Of a DNA stretch of 64,000 nt, positions 1 through 11,860 are shown piece after piece. Origin of the DNA: Dehalococcoidia bacterium (lineage in GTDB: Bacteria > Chloroflexota > Dehalococcoidia > E44-bin15). The position numbers and the translations under genes were made by a program. Within the stretch, counting starts at the first letter, position 1; each line of letters starts with the position of its first letter. Below the pieces are notes generated by a model. That model had not been told where the DNA came from and did not search any database. It saw only the letters and a program-made list of their open reading frames with translations. The stretch is taken from the NCBI GenBank assembly GCA_041649635.1, contig JBAZMV010000001.1, positions 281,197 to 345,196 on the forward strand, written 5' to 3'.

Positions 1-74
1 TATACAGAGAAGGTTAGAGAGAGAAATCTTAGCGGGTAGTTTAATATTGCCTAATACTAAAGTATGATATTCAC

Positions 75-866
75 ATGATTGACACAATGAAAAACATTTT
101 ACATCGTCTTGTGAGCGTCCTCCGAGAAGGGAAAGTGAAAGAACCGGTTTTTACTAGAATACCCGGGGATGATCCTATTGAGTTAATAGCATATTATGAT
201 GAATTCAAAGGATATTATCCCGATTGTGAAATTAAAACTAAAGAATGGTTTGTAAATAATGTTCAGCAGGATTGGGTGATATTCGATTGCGGCGCTAACA
301 TTGGTTATTATAGTATCCTTTTTTCGCGTTTAGCTCCCGGGGGGCATATCTATGCATTTGAACCAACCAGTACATATGATATGTTAATAACCAATTTAAA
401 CCATCATAAAGCCAGCAACGTAATACCTGTAAAAAAAGCCCTGGGTAAAAACACAGGTCAAATAAGAGATTCGATATTTCGTATTTGGGGACATGACCCC
501 GAGAAACAGAATTATTCTTTCACGACAATAGATGATTTTGTGAAGGATAACAATTTGGCTCGATTGGATTGTATCAAAATAGACGTAGATTCTTTTGACT
601 TTGAGGTATTACAGGGTGCAAAAGATACTATGATTAAGTTTGATCCATTCATAATTGTTGAGTTAAACCACGCATTAAACAAGCGCCATCAATACGTACC
701 TCAAGTATTACACTGGTTAACTAATCTCAGTTATAAATCCATTTATGCCCTTGATTACGATAATTTCTTACTAAAGCGTAACTTTACCCCGAATAAAATC
801 GAAGAGTGGCCAGATATAAAAATGTGCTTTAATCCAAGGAACTACGAAATCTCAAAAGAAGGGTGA
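75..866 (+). CDS. FkbM-family SAM-dependent methyltransferase
   Basis: Translation carries the FkbM signature block FDCGANIGYYS and a downstream acidic motif. Low-GC glycan-cluster context. Confidence 0.6.
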   Translation: MIDTMKNILHRLVSVLREGKVKEPVFTRIPGDDPIELIAYYDEFKGYYPDCEIKTKEWFVNNVQQDWVIFDCGANIGYYSILFSRLAPGGHIYAFEPTSTYDMLITNLNHHKASNVIPVKKALGKNTGQIRDSIFRIWGHDPEKQNYSFTTIDDFVKDNNLARLDCIKIDVDSFDFEVLQGAKDTMIKFDPFIIVELNHALNKRHQYVPQVLHWLTNLSYKSIYALDYDNFLLKRNFTPNKIEEWPDIKMCFNPRNYEISKEG

Positions 867-1516
867 AAACAGTGAATATTCCTTTTGTGGGATACTTAGA
901 TATCGAAATTTTAAAGAGTACTGTGCCAAACCCTACATTTAGAAAGTTGATTCATTGGATAGACTATATTAATTGGAAAAGACGCGGAAAACCTGTCCCA
1001 CCGCCGCATCTATACAAACAGCAAGTGGTAAGAAACTATGCAGATAAATATGGATTAAAAATTCTTGTCGAAACAGGAACATTTTATGGTGATATGATTG
1101 AAGCTATGAAACATTGTTTCGATGGAATATACTCCATTGAATTAAGTAAAGCGCTATATGAGAAAGCGGCAACTAGATTTAGTGCTGAAAAAAATATAGA
1201 AATAATTCATGGTGATAGTGGACTTGAGCTTGGGAATCTGATTAATAGAGTAAACCAGCCAATTCTATTCTGGCTGGATGGACATTATTCTGGGGGAGTA
1301 ACAGCTCGCGGTGTAAAAGATACGCCAATTTACGATGAACTAGAACAAATCTTTAACAATCAGGCAAGCAAATATGTGGTGCTTATTGATGATGCACGAT
1401 GCTTCGGAGCCAGAGCAGACTATCCTAGCATCCAGTTGCTTAGTGATTTTATCAAAACAAAGATGCATGATGCTAAGATTGAAATTGAATGTGACATAAT
1501 AAGAATTACACTATGA
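863..1516 (+). CDS. Putative class I SAM-dependent O-methyltransferase (TylF/CmcI-like)
   Basis: Glycine-rich SAM-binding-like block KILVETGTFYGD and acidic LIDDARCFG. 4-nt overlap with the upstream ORF. Family call is tentative. Confidence 0.4.
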   Translation: MKTVNIPFVGYLDIEILKSTVPNPTFRKLIHWIDYINWKRRGKPVPPPHLYKQQVVRNYADKYGLKILVETGTFYGDMIEAMKHCFDGIYSIELSKALYEKAATRFSAEKNIEIIHGDSGLELGNLINRVNQPILFWLDGHYSGGVTARGVKDTPIYDELEQIFNNQASKYVVLIDDARCFGARADYPSIQLLSDFIKTKMHDAKIEIECDIIRITL

Positions 1517-1647
1517 AAGCTAATCGCCTAACAAATTACTACATTTGACCGTCAGCCAAAGTGTTTTTCCAAAATAAGATTATTTCACATGTACGTATAG
1601 ATAGAAACCAGGAGAAGTGAGGTTTCTTAAATAAGGAGTGTAGCAAA

Positions 1648-2349
1648 TTGATTCTGAGGTTACTTAATGCATTTTACTACTTGTTATTTAGAAGCAACCA
1701 GAAAATTCCCAATTTAGTTGGTGACCGAGATATTGAATGGTCTTGGATATTATCACAAATGCCTTCGGGCCCAGGAGAAGCGCTTGATTTCGGTCCCGGA
1801 GGCAGCTCCCTCGGACTTACCGCCGCTCAGCGAGGATTCAGAGTAACCGCTATAGACCTCGCACCGGTGAAATGGCTTTACACACATCCCAATCTTCAAT
1901 TCATCCACGGCGATATATTGAAACTGGCTCTCCCGAAAAATAATTTCGACCTTGTTATTAACTGTTCAACTATAGAACATGTCGGTTTAGCCGGACGATA
2001 TGGAGTAACAGAAGATAATTCTGACGGCGACCTGGAAGCTATGAAGCGCATAAGCGAATTAATGATACCGGAAGGCATAATGCTGCTCACTATCCCGGTA
2101 GGAGAAGATAAAATCTTCGCTCCCATGTCTCGCATTTACGGCTGCCAGCGACTTCCGCGGCTTCTTCAATGTTACACGGTAGAAGAAGAGGCTTTCTGGA
2201 TCAAAGATAGTCAGAACAGATGGATTTTATCGGGGAAAGACGACGCCTTGAAATTCAAGGCTTCAGCAGGTTCACGGAACCCATTGCGGAACGTCTACGC
2301 GTTGGGATGTTTCGTTCTGAGAAACACATCGGCTTTATCAGCAGTATAA
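1648..2349 (+). CDS. Class I SAM-dependent methyltransferase
   Basis: Motif I ALDFGPGGSSLG, followed by an acidic residue after a beta strand (VTAIDL) and LVINCSTIEH (motif II/III-like). Confidence 0.55.
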   Translation: MILRLLNAFYYLLFRSNQKIPNLVGDRDIEWSWILSQMPSGPGEALDFGPGGSSLGLTAAQRGFRVTAIDLAPVKWLYTHPNLQFIHGDILKLALPKNNFDLVINCSTIEHVGLAGRYGVTEDNSDGDLEAMKRISELMIPEGIMLLTIPVGEDKIFAPMSRIYGCQRLPRLLQCYTVEEEAFWIKDSQNRWILSGKDDALKFKASAGSRNPLRNVYALGCFVLRNTSALSAV

Positions 2350-2358
2350 GGAGAAACT

Positions 2359-3327
2359 ATGAAAAAAGCATTAGTATGCGGTGCAGGCGGGTTTATTGGA
2401 AGCCACATGGTAAAAAGGCTAAAAAAAGAAGGCTACTGGGTCCGTGGGATAGATCTAAAAAAGCCCGAATTCGCAGAGACACAGGCGGATGATTTTATCG
2501 TTGGAGATTTGAGGGAACAGAGCGTAGTACGGAAGGTGGTTGATTCTCCATTTGACGATGTGTATCAGTTCGCGGCGGATATGGGCGGCGCCGGTTTCGT
2601 TTTTACAGGAGAAAATGACGCCGATATAATGCATAACTCAGCTCTAATAAATCTGAACGTCGTTGAGGCCAGCTATAAAGCAGGCGTTAAAAGGATATTC
2701 TATTCTTCTTCTGCATGTGTGTATCCAGAGTATAATCAGATGGATCCGGAAAACCCCAAATTGGCGGAGGATACGGTTTACCCGGCGGCTCCGGACAGTG
2801 AATATGGCTGGGAGAAACTTTTCAGCGAACGTTTGTATCTATCATTCAATCGAAATTGTGGAATGAACGTACGAATAGCGAGATTCCATAATATCTTCGG
2901 GCCGGAGGGATCGTGGAACGATGGACGTGAAAAAGCTCCGGCCGCTTTATGCCGTAAGATCGCTAAAGCCCCTAACGACGGAGAGATTGAAATGTGGGGT
3001 GACGGCCTTCAAACACGCTCTTTCCTGTATATTGACGAATGTTTGGAAGGGGTAAGACGATTGGTGGAATCAGACTTCACAGGACCGGTAAATATCGGGT
3101 CAGAGGAGATGGTGACAATCAATCAACTCGCAGAAATGATCATGGATATCGCGGGGAAAAAGCTCTCGATTAAACACATTCCGGGGCCACTCGGGGTTCG
3201 CGGCCGCAATTCAGATAACCGGCTGATCGAAGAGAAACTGGGATGGAAACCATCGGCACCTCTGTCCAAAGGATTGGAAAAAACATATCGCTGGATTGAG
3301 AAAATGGTTGAAAAGGAAAACCGATGA
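2359..3327 (+). CDS. NAD-dependent sugar-nucleotide epimerase, GDP-mannose 3,5-epimerase-like
   Basis: N-terminal Rossmann GAGGFIGSH. Blocks FYSSSACVYPE, ADMGGAGF, RFHNIFGPEGSW and GREKAPAA closely parallel plant/bacterial GDP-mannose 3,5-epimerase (recalled from memory). RBS GGAG upstream. Confidence 0.7.
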   Translation: MKKALVCGAGGFIGSHMVKRLKKEGYWVRGIDLKKPEFAETQADDFIVGDLREQSVVRKVVDSPFDDVYQFAADMGGAGFVFTGENDADIMHNSALINLNVVEASYKAGVKRIFYSSSACVYPEYNQMDPENPKLAEDTVYPAAPDSEYGWEKLFSERLYLSFNRNCGMNVRIARFHNIFGPEGSWNDGREKAPAALCRKIAKAPNDGEIEMWGDGLQTRSFLYIDECLEGVRRLVESDFTGPVNIGSEEMVTINQLAEMIMDIAGKKLSIKHIPGPLGVRGRNSDNRLIEEKLGWKPSAPLSKGLEKTYRWIEKMVEKENR

Positions 3328-4652
3328 ACAGCATTTCGGTATTCGGTATCGGCAAATTAGGGCTTCCTCTTGCTGCTTGCCTGGCAAATAAAGGCTATAA
3401 TGCTATCGGTGTTGATCTGAACAAGGCCGTTATCCAAGCGGTGAATAAAGGTGAAAGTCCTTATTATGAACCGGGCCTGTCCGAATTAGTAAAGTCAGCG
3501 GGAAAGCGATTAACGGCGACACAGGACTATCGCTATGCCGTGATTAACTCAGAAGCAAGTTTTATTGTGGTCCCTACTCCCAGTCAGGATGACGGAAGTT
3601 TCAGCACCAGATATGTAGAATCAGCCGCTAAACAGATAGCCGCCGCGCTAATTGATAAGCCTGATTTTCACCTTGTCGTGGTTACCAGTACCGTGCTGCC
3701 CGGAGCCACCGAGGGTGTGATTAAACCCTTGCTGGAAACAGCTACGGGTAAGAGATGCGGCAGGGATTTCGGCCTGTGTTACAGTCCTGAATTTATAGCG
3801 CTGGGCAGTGTCATAAGGGATTTTACCCAGCCTGATGTAGTGCTAATCGGAGAATCGGACACGAAGTCAGGGAATATGCTGGCTGAAATCTACAGCAATG
3901 TATGTGAGAATCAACCTCCCATTGTCAGGACAGCGATTCAAAATGCGGAACTGGCTAAAATCTCCCTCAACGCTTACGTTACCATGAAGATAACTTTCGC
4001 GAATACTCTGGCTGAAATAGCGGAGCGGATTCCGGAAGGAAACGTTGATACCATAAGTAATATGCTTGGATTTGACTCCAGGATAGGCAGGAAGTACCTG
4101 AGCGGCGGTCTTGCCTACGGCGGGCCCTGTTTCCCAAGAGATAATAAAGCCTTTGCTTCCGTCGCACGTAAAGTTGGGTGCAAAGCACTGTTATCAGAGG
4201 CAACCGACCTTGCTAACCAGTTACAGAATCAGAGAACAGTGGACTTAATTGAAAATAAACTTGGCAATTTGAAGGGTAAAGCTATTGCAGTCCTTGGGTT
4301 GACTTATAAGCCGAATACTGATGTTATTGAGGAATCGAGCCCGGTGAAAATCTCACGGAGTCTTCTGCAGAAAGGCGCGGTAGTTTCCGTTTATGACCCC
4401 GGCGGCATGGAAAATGCAAAAAAAGCGTTTTGCCAAGAAAAGCCCGTATATGCCAGCTCAATAAAAGACTGCCTGCATGACGCCGAGCTTTGCGTCCTGG
4501 CAACTCCGTGGGACGAATTTAAAAAACTGACGCCTGAGTATTTTATTCAAAACATGAAGAAGCCCTGTTTGCTCGATTGTTGGAGACTTTTTTCTAATCG
4601 ACCGGAATTCACGGAGAAATTAGACTATTTTGCTATTGGGTTGGCAGCATAA
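3324..4652 (+). CDS. Nucleotide-sugar dehydrogenase (UDP-glucose/GDP-mannose 6-dehydrogenase family)
   Basis: N-terminal dinucleotide-binding fold VFGIGKLGLPLA and catalytic-Cys block GGPCFPRD typical of the Ugd/UDPG_MGDP_dh family. Start overlaps the preceding stop by 4 nt. Confidence 0.75.
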   Translation: MNSISVFGIGKLGLPLAACLANKGYNAIGVDLNKAVIQAVNKGESPYYEPGLSELVKSAGKRLTATQDYRYAVINSEASFIVVPTPSQDDGSFSTRYVESAAKQIAAALIDKPDFHLVVVTSTVLPGATEGVIKPLLETATGKRCGRDFGLCYSPEFIALGSVIRDFTQPDVVLIGESDTKSGNMLAEIYSNVCENQPPIVRTAIQNAELAKISLNAYVTMKITFANTLAEIAERIPEGNVDTISNMLGFDSRIGRKYLSGGLAYGGPCFPRDNKAFASVARKVGCKALLSEATDLANQLQNQRTVDLIENKLGNLKGKAIAVLGLTYKPNTDVIEESSPVKISRSLLQKGAVVSVYDPGGMENAKKAFCQEKPVYASSIKDCLHDAELCVLATPWDEFKKLTPEYFIQNMKKPCLLDCWRLFSNRPEFTEKLDYFAIGLAA

Positions 4653-4654
4653 CT

Positions 4655-5431
4655 ATGAATAAATATCTAAACGAAAAAAACATTAAAGACTACTGGGAGA
4701 AATGCACCCCGATGAGCTTCGCGGCCGAAAAGTGGAGCTATGAGCAGAAAAGGGAATTCAGATATACTTTGCAGGATTATATGCATAGCTCGTTTGGATT
4801 TGGTGAATGGTCGGGTAAAGAGGTGTTGGAAGTAGGTTGTGGATCGGGCGTGGATGCTCTGGAGTTTGCCAGATATGGAGCAAAAGTTACAGCTACTGAT
4901 ATGACCGACAACGCCGTTAACCTCACAAATCAGATGGTAAAAGAAGCGAAATTGCCTGTCAAAGTGATCCAAGCTTCTGCAATTAACCTGCCGTTTCCCG
5001 ACGCCAGTTTTGACTGTGTCTATAGTTATGGGGTATTGCATCATATACCTGATATCGAAAAGGTGCTGTATGAGATAAAAAGAGTTATGAAGGAAAACGC
5101 ACAGCTGCTTGTCATGCTTTACCATAGAGATAGTCTTCTACATGCATATAGTATTATCTATCGCCACGGTATAAAGAGTGAACTGCTCTCGAAAGGTGTT
5201 TGTACAGAGCAAGATTTGGTTTCTAAATACTCAGAGCGCATAGAGGGATGCCCTTACACAAAGGTATATACAAAAGAGGAGGCTCGGGCTCTGTTTTCAA
5301 GATATTTCAATGATGTTGACATCACTGTAAGGTACAATGTTATAGATACCGATAAACAGAGAAAGGTAAAGTTCAAACTATCTGACGAATGGGAGCTCGG
5401 CTGGCACTTAATATTGAAAGCAATGAAGTAG
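4655..5431 (+). CDS. Class I SAM-dependent methyltransferase
   Basis: Motif I LEVGCGSGVDA, with VTATD and YSYGVLHH blocks. Confidence 0.6.
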   Translation: MNKYLNEKNIKDYWEKCTPMSFAAEKWSYEQKREFRYTLQDYMHSSFGFGEWSGKEVLEVGCGSGVDALEFARYGAKVTATDMTDNAVNLTNQMVKEAKLPVKVIQASAINLPFPDASFDCVYSYGVLHHIPDIEKVLYEIKRVMKENAQLLVMLYHRDSLLHAYSIIYRHGIKSELLSKGVCTEQDLVSKYSERIEGCPYTKVYTKEEARALFSRYFNDVDITVRYNVIDTDKQRKVKFKLSDEWELGWHLILKAMK

Positions 5432-5457
5432 CGACTATTACAGGATAACATAGTACT

Positions 5458-6348
5458 ATGTTGACCATATTCTCTATTCCAAAACCATTTCAGGGGCACA
5501 TAGACGTGATCCAAAGAACTGCTATCCAGAGCTGGAAATTGCTTGGACCTTATTGTGAGATCATTTTATTCGGCAATGAGAAAGGTACTGCTGAAATCGC
5601 CGCTGAACTGGGTATCCGACACATACCCGAGATCGAACGCAATGAGTATGGAACCCCGCTTGTTAATAACCTGTTTGATAAAGCCCAGGAGTTGGCTAAC
5701 TATGACATCTTATGCTATGTAAATGCCGATATCATCCTTACGCAAGATTTCTCAATTTCTGTCCAAAAGGTGTCTAATAAAAAGGATCAATTCCTGCTTA
5801 TAGGACAAAGGTGGGATGTAGAGTTAAACGAGCCTCTTGATTTTACAAATCAACGGTGGGAGCTAGAGATACGCCGTTATCTGGCAAAGTATGGCAAACT
5901 TCACCCCGCCACAGGAATAGACTATTTTGTGTTCAGAAAAGGTCTATGGGGAGATATACCGCCTTTCGCTATAGGAAGAACCGTATGGGATATTTGGTTG
6001 GTTTACAGGGGCCTTTACCTAAAAGTCCCGGTTATTGATGCCACAAAGACCATCACCGCTATCCATCAGAATCATGATTATTCTCATAATGATAGAGGGA
6101 TAATAGGAATCTGGGATGGACCTGAAGCCCAGCAGAATCGCCAGTATTATAAAGGATATGCAGGTAATCGTTTTTTTGCAATACGCGATGCTACCTGGGT
6201 ATTGACCAGCAAAGGCGTGAAGAGGGCATCACCAGTGAGAGTTCTCTATTACCGTACAATAGCAACGAGCAAACCCTATATACTAGCCCCTACGAGACTG
6301 CTTCGAAAAGTACACAAATTAATAAAAGATAAGGGCTCTAAGACTTAG
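5458..6348 (+). CDS. Hypothetical protein, possible GT-A-fold glycosyltransferase
   Basis: Long ORF with consistent codon usage inside the glycan cluster. CYVNADII resembles a DxD-type motif. No firm family assignment. Confidence 0.3.
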   Translation: MLTIFSIPKPFQGHIDVIQRTAIQSWKLLGPYCEIILFGNEKGTAEIAAELGIRHIPEIERNEYGTPLVNNLFDKAQELANYDILCYVNADIILTQDFSISVQKVSNKKDQFLLIGQRWDVELNEPLDFTNQRWELEIRRYLAKYGKLHPATGIDYFVFRKGLWGDIPPFAIGRTVWDIWLVYRGLYLKVPVIDATKTITAIHQNHDYSHNDRGIIGIWDGPEAQQNRQYYKGYAGNRFFAIRDATWVLTSKGVKRASPVRVLYYRTIATSKPYILAPTRLLRKVHKLIKDKGSKT

Positions 6349-6461
6349 AGCCTAATACCCAGATCCAGTAAAAAAGACATTACTTTCAGTCGCTAACCCG
6401 CATAAAAATTCAGAAACTGGAATTATTATCCATATTTACTTATGATATACTGACTTTACTG

Positions 6462-7400
6462 ATGAATAAAACGGGGATAGCTTTATTCACTTACAATAGG
6501 CCGGAGCATACGGGTCAGGTCCTCCAAGGTCTGATGAGGAATGACATAGATAAATTGTACGTTTTTTCTGATGGCTATAGAGATGAGAGGGACAGGATTA
6601 CGGTTCAACAGGTGAGGAAGCTGCTAGCAAATATCACCTGGTGTGAAACTGAGATAATCGAAAGCGATACAAACAAAGGGCTGGCCGACTCGATAGTATA
6701 TGGTGTTAATTACGTACTTGACAGACATGAAAGGATTATAGTTCTTGAAGATGATTGTGTTCCTTCAGCAGATTTCGTTTCTTTCATGCAAAAGTGTTTC
6801 GATAAATATGAGTATAATGAACAAATAATGAATGTCGCCGGTTATTCACTACCTATAAAGATTCCTCAGAGTTATCCATACGATATCTATTTCTCTTACA
6901 GGCCATCCTCCTGGGGATGGGGAACATGGAGAAGGGCATGGCACCATTTTTCACGTGACAAGGCGATTTTAGATGAGATAAGAAACTCTAAGGAATTGCA
7001 CAAGAAGGTAAACCAGGCGGGAGAAGACTTAGTCCCGATGTTGGAAAGGCAAATTCGAGGAGCAATCGATTCATGGGCCGTGTTTTTTGCTTTAAGCATT
7101 ATCAAAAATGACGGCTTGTGCGTAGTGCCGGTCCATTCCAGGATTAAGAACATCGGTCATGATGCCTCTGGTACTCACTGCGGAGCCAATCAAAAATATA
7201 ATGTTGAGCTGTATAAAGAGACTATCGGAAACCCGGTATTGCCAGATGAAGTGGTAATTGATGACCAAATTATCCATAGAATCAGGCAGTTCTGTAGTCC
7301 TACCATGAGCGAGAAGGTTATTAATTTTATTGTACAAGTATTACAGCCTATAGGGATATATGAATTGTTTAGGTGGACAAGAACACATTTTAAGGCATAA
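6462..7400 (+). CDS. Glycosyltransferase (GT-A fold, GT2-like)
   Basis: N-terminal IALFTYNRPE (the classic TYNRP block of GT-A enzymes) and a DxD-like VLEDDCV. Confidence 0.45.
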   Translation: MNKTGIALFTYNRPEHTGQVLQGLMRNDIDKLYVFSDGYRDERDRITVQQVRKLLANITWCETEIIESDTNKGLADSIVYGVNYVLDRHERIIVLEDDCVPSADFVSFMQKCFDKYEYNEQIMNVAGYSLPIKIPQSYPYDIYFSYRPSSWGWGTWRRAWHHFSRDKAILDEIRNSKELHKKVNQAGEDLVPMLERQIRGAIDSWAVFFALSIIKNDGLCVVPVHSRIKNIGHDASGTHCGANQKYNVELYKETIGNPVLPDEVVIDDQIIHRIRQFCSPTMSEKVINFIVQVLQPIGIYELFRWTRTHFKA

Positions 7401-7524
7401 TAATGCAGAAGCTTAATCATTATAGGCTGCAGGCTGCAGGATTAGGGAGAATGTTATTAAGGTAAACTTTTACATTCAAAAACTGAAGACTGCGTTCAAT
7501 AGCAATGCAAATCTACAAAGTCTT

Positions 7525-8370
7525 TTGGAACAGCAATCGTTAATGCTTGGTAGATTACTGTCAGAGCTTATCAAGTCTAAGAACCGTATAGCTTCTTTAA
7601 GTGAAGTGGAGTTTAGCGTTTTTTCTCAGTGGGGCGATGACGGAATCATACAATATCTCGTGAACAATATTGAATTCCCAAATAAGACCTTCGTAGAATT
7701 TGGAGTGGGTAACTACAGGGAATCTAACACTAGATTTCTCATGATGAATAATAATTGGTCTGGTTTAGTAATGGATTGTTCTGAATCAAACGTATCACAA
7801 ATAATTAATTCTGAATACTTTTGGAAGCATGAAATATTAGCAAAAGCCATATTCATAGATAAGGATAATATAAATAGTTTGCTATTATCATCCGGATTTG
7901 ACAAAGAGATCGGAATTCTCCATATCGACTTAGACGGAAATGATTATTGGATTTGGAAAGAGATTGATGTAATTAGTCCTATCGTAGTTATACTGGAATA
8001 CAACAGCGTTTTGGGAATCGATAGAGCTATAACCATCCCATACCATAAGGCTTTTTCCCGGACAAAATCACACTACAGCAATTTATATTGCGGCGCATCT
8101 CTTCGCGCACTCCACCAATTATCTACAGACAAAGGATATTCGTTTATAGGATGCAATAGCGCTGGCAACAATGCCTATTTTATCAGGAAAGATAAATTGA
8201 ATGAGAACATTCGCGAAACGGCATTAGAAACTGGTTATGTCCTCTCTAAATTTAGAGAAAGCAGAGATAGAAATGGTCGTCTAACCCATTTAGGTGGTAT
8301 TGACAGAATAGAAGCTATTAGAGGGATGCCTGTCTTTAATATTGACAATAATCAAGTTGAAAAAATATGA
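7525..8370 (+). CDS. Hypothetical protein (TTG start in ORF track)
   Basis: 281-aa ORF in the glycan cluster. Weak resemblance to sugar-modifying methyltransferase-like proteins (FVEFGVGNY). No confident family. Confidence 0.3.
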   Translation: MEQQSLMLGRLLSELIKSKNRIASLSEVEFSVFSQWGDDGIIQYLVNNIEFPNKTFVEFGVGNYRESNTRFLMMNNNWSGLVMDCSESNVSQIINSEYFWKHEILAKAIFIDKDNINSLLLSSGFDKEIGILHIDLDGNDYWIWKEIDVISPIVVILEYNSVLGIDRAITIPYHKAFSRTKSHYSNLYCGASLRALHQLSTDKGYSFIGCNSAGNNAYFIRKDKLNENIRETALETGYVLSKFRESRDRNGRLTHLGGIDRIEAIRGMPVFNIDNNQVEKI

Positions 8371-8412
8371 TGGCAGCAGGGCTTAAGATGTGGCGAAAAC
8401 GGGTTTCCTAAT

Positions 8413-9516
8413 ATGAAAGTTTTTTTTGATGGCGAGATATTTACTTTTCAACGGCAAGGAGGTATCAGCCGGCTTTTCTTTGAATTGATGCGTTTATTTG
8501 CCCATAGTGAGAACATTGAACAGATATTGTATAGAGGCAGTTACGTTGACCATTACCCTTTTCGACAAGAGTGGTTTAAGTGCTATTATGGAGTTAGGTG
8601 GCCTTTTAAGCGCGGAGTTCAAGTTATTCGTCCCCTTGATGACCGTGTTATTGAGTTATTATATATCACAAATGCAACTCCAAAAATAGTGTATCACTCT
8701 ACCTACTATCGCATTCCAAAACGGCAAAAAGGGCCTATAGTGATTCATGCTTATGATATGATCCATGAACTATACAACGGTGACAACAAGACTATAAAGA
8801 AAAAAAAGACTGCTTTTGAGACAGCAGATCTGATCATAGCGATATCGCAGTCAACTAAGGACGATATTTGTCATCTGTACGGCATAGACCCTTCAATCAT
8901 TGTAGTGGCGTATCCTGGAGTTAGCGATGTGTTCCGTAGTCGGCATTCGGATACAGTATCCCGTTCAGAGCAAAGAAGTGACGATAGTAGACCTTTTTTT
9001 CTCTATGTTGGACATCGCGGTTGGTACAAAAATTTTGACATACTCCTAAATGTATTTATTGAACGCAGATATTATCAGGACTTCGATCTTATTCTGGTAG
9101 GGGGGACCAAGACTCTATCCGCTAAACAACAAGGGGCCATAAACAGAACTGGGACAAGACAGTGGCTGAAACAGAAGTATTGTGACGATATGGAACTGGC
9201 AAATTTATACGCAAACGCAACAGTTTTCATATGCACATCACTATATGAGGGATTTGGCATTCCCTTGATAGAAGCAATGGCATGCGGTTGCCCGATAATT
9301 GGACCGAACACATCTTCTATACCAGAAGTAATCGGAGACACAGGCTTATTGTTTGACCCAAAAGACCCGAGCGACTTGGCCAAGCAGATAGAAAGAGTGG
9401 TTAATGACGTCTCTTTATCAAATGCACTTTCTGAAAAGGGGCGACTGCGATCAGAAAACTTCACCTGGCAAGCTATGGCTGATACAATTCATCAAGTATA
9501 CTTGAAGTTGACATGA
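8413..9516 (+). CDS. Glycosyltransferase family 4 (GT-B)
   Basis: C-terminal GT1/GT4 blocks LYVGHRGWYKNFDILL and EGFGIPLIEAMACGCPII. Confidence 0.7.
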   Translation: MKVFFDGEIFTFQRQGGISRLFFELMRLFAHSENIEQILYRGSYVDHYPFRQEWFKCYYGVRWPFKRGVQVIRPLDDRVIELLYITNATPKIVYHSTYYRIPKRQKGPIVIHAYDMIHELYNGDNKTIKKKKTAFETADLIIAISQSTKDDICHLYGIDPSIIVVAYPGVSDVFRSRHSDTVSRSEQRSDDSRPFFLYVGHRGWYKNFDILLNVFIERRYYQDFDLILVGGTKTLSAKQQGAINRTGTRQWLKQKYCDDMELANLYANATVFICTSLYEGFGIPLIEAMACGCPIIGPNTSSIPEVIGDTGLLFDPKDPSDLAKQIERVVNDVSLSNALSEKGRLRSENFTWQAMADTIHQVYLKLT

Positions 9517-9573
9517 AACCTTGTATGGTACCTTGTTAGCGGGCTCTGTACAACCGATATAATTACCAAATAA

Positions 9574-10536
<963 letters not shown>

Positions 10537-10631
10537 TGCGGTTTCCCCTCTTTCCTAGATTTAATAACCACATTTATAGATGGCCAGTATAGATACGATT
10601 AATGCCAAGGTAAAAAGGGCGCATTTAAAAT

Positions 10632-11837
10632 ATGAAAATACTCTATGTATGTCCTTGGGCACATCTCCCCAGTCACAATCCACACTTTATAGCAAAGGAA
10701 AGCGCGGCTTTCCTTCAGGCCGGTGTAGATGTGGTTCTATGTACTTTTCAAGGTATTCTTGATAATAAAGAATCTACCGATATCATTCATAAAAAAGTTA
10801 CTTCAACTTGGTATGGTTATCCATTAGGCTTGCTCTCACGGCTGTTGCATTCATCGATGAAATTAAGGTTAATTGCCGGTTTTATAGAACAGTCGGTTAC
10901 ATTATTTTTAGCGGTCAAGCTAAGAAAATCTCAAGCGTATGATTTTATCTTCTTGCGCGAAGGTGACCCTTTTATATTTCTACCGATACTACTAGGATTA
11001 GTACACAGTAATTACCGATGGGTGATCTCTCTCATAGGAACAAAATCAGTACGCTCTCCAAGAAATCTATATTATAGATTTATTAATGCTGGCATATGGA
11101 AACCAATTTATCGGCGCTCTTTATCCAGAAATCGTTTTATATTCATCTGCGAAAACGATGACATTAAGGAGAATTTTGAAGTCAATTTTCTGGATGGCAT
11201 GCTTGCTGGATTGGTTAAGGTAATAGCGCCGGGAATCAAAGCGCCTCCAAGGGAAATATCCCAAAGAGAAGCGAGAAGCCATCTGAATCTACCTAAAGAC
11301 AAGGTTTTCTTCCTTCACTTCGGAGCCTTGCACCCGGGCAAGGATATTGAAACAGTTATTTCTGCTATAAAAGATGTAGAGAACGCCGAGTTAGTTATTG
11401 CAGGAAAAGTGTATTCTGTTGACCTGGTATCCTTAGTCCAGCATTACGACATTCAGGATAAGTGTGTAATCAGAAACTATTATATTTCTGAAGCGGACAA
11501 GCAATATTACTTTGCAGCTTCTGATGCAATTATTCTATCTTACAGGAAATCATTTTCTCAAACAGCTTCTCAAGCTTGGGAGGCTGTAGGATTCAAGTTG
11601 CCTGTTATCGCCAGCGGTTCCTATGACTTAGGCCAAATGGTCAGAAATTATAAGATCGGTTTGTCTTTTTCGGCTGAGGATGCACTGTCCCTAAATAATG
11701 CGCTAAAGACTTTCATCGGATTGAGCCAAACTGAGAGGCAAACCTTCAAAGAGAACTGCGAAAAATTAAGCGCTGAATTCTCTATGCAAAGATGGACTGA
11801 GAAATTCATTGAAGTTACTAAATTGCTATATGACTAG
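10632..11837 (+). CDS. Putative glycosyltransferase (GT-B-like)
   Basis: 401-aa ORF with N-terminal MKILYVCPW and a C-terminal region reminiscent of GT4. Weak. Confidence 0.35.
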   Translation: MKILYVCPWAHLPSHNPHFIAKESAAFLQAGVDVVLCTFQGILDNKESTDIIHKKVTSTWYGYPLGLLSRLLHSSMKLRLIAGFIEQSVTLFLAVKLRKSQAYDFIFLREGDPFIFLPILLGLVHSNYRWVISLIGTKSVRSPRNLYYRFINAGIWKPIYRRSLSRNRFIFICENDDIKENFEVNFLDGMLAGLVKVIAPGIKAPPREISQREARSHLNLPKDKVFFLHFGALHPGKDIETVISAIKDVENAELVIAGKVYSVDLVSLVQHYDIQDKCVIRNYYISEADKQYYFAASDAIILSYRKSFSQTASQAWEAVGFKLPVIASGSYDLGQMVRNYKIGLSFSAEDALSLNNALKTFIGLSQTERQTFKENCEKLSAEFSMQRWTEKFIEVTKLLYD

Positions 11838-11860
11838 AGGATAGTCTGTTTGCAGGATTC

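Noticed and set aside
1896-2492. Short ORFs at 1896-2135 (minus) and 2220-2492 (plus) overlapping methyltransferase and epimerase genes
   Set aside because: Both are fully contained in or overlap well-supported genes on other frames.
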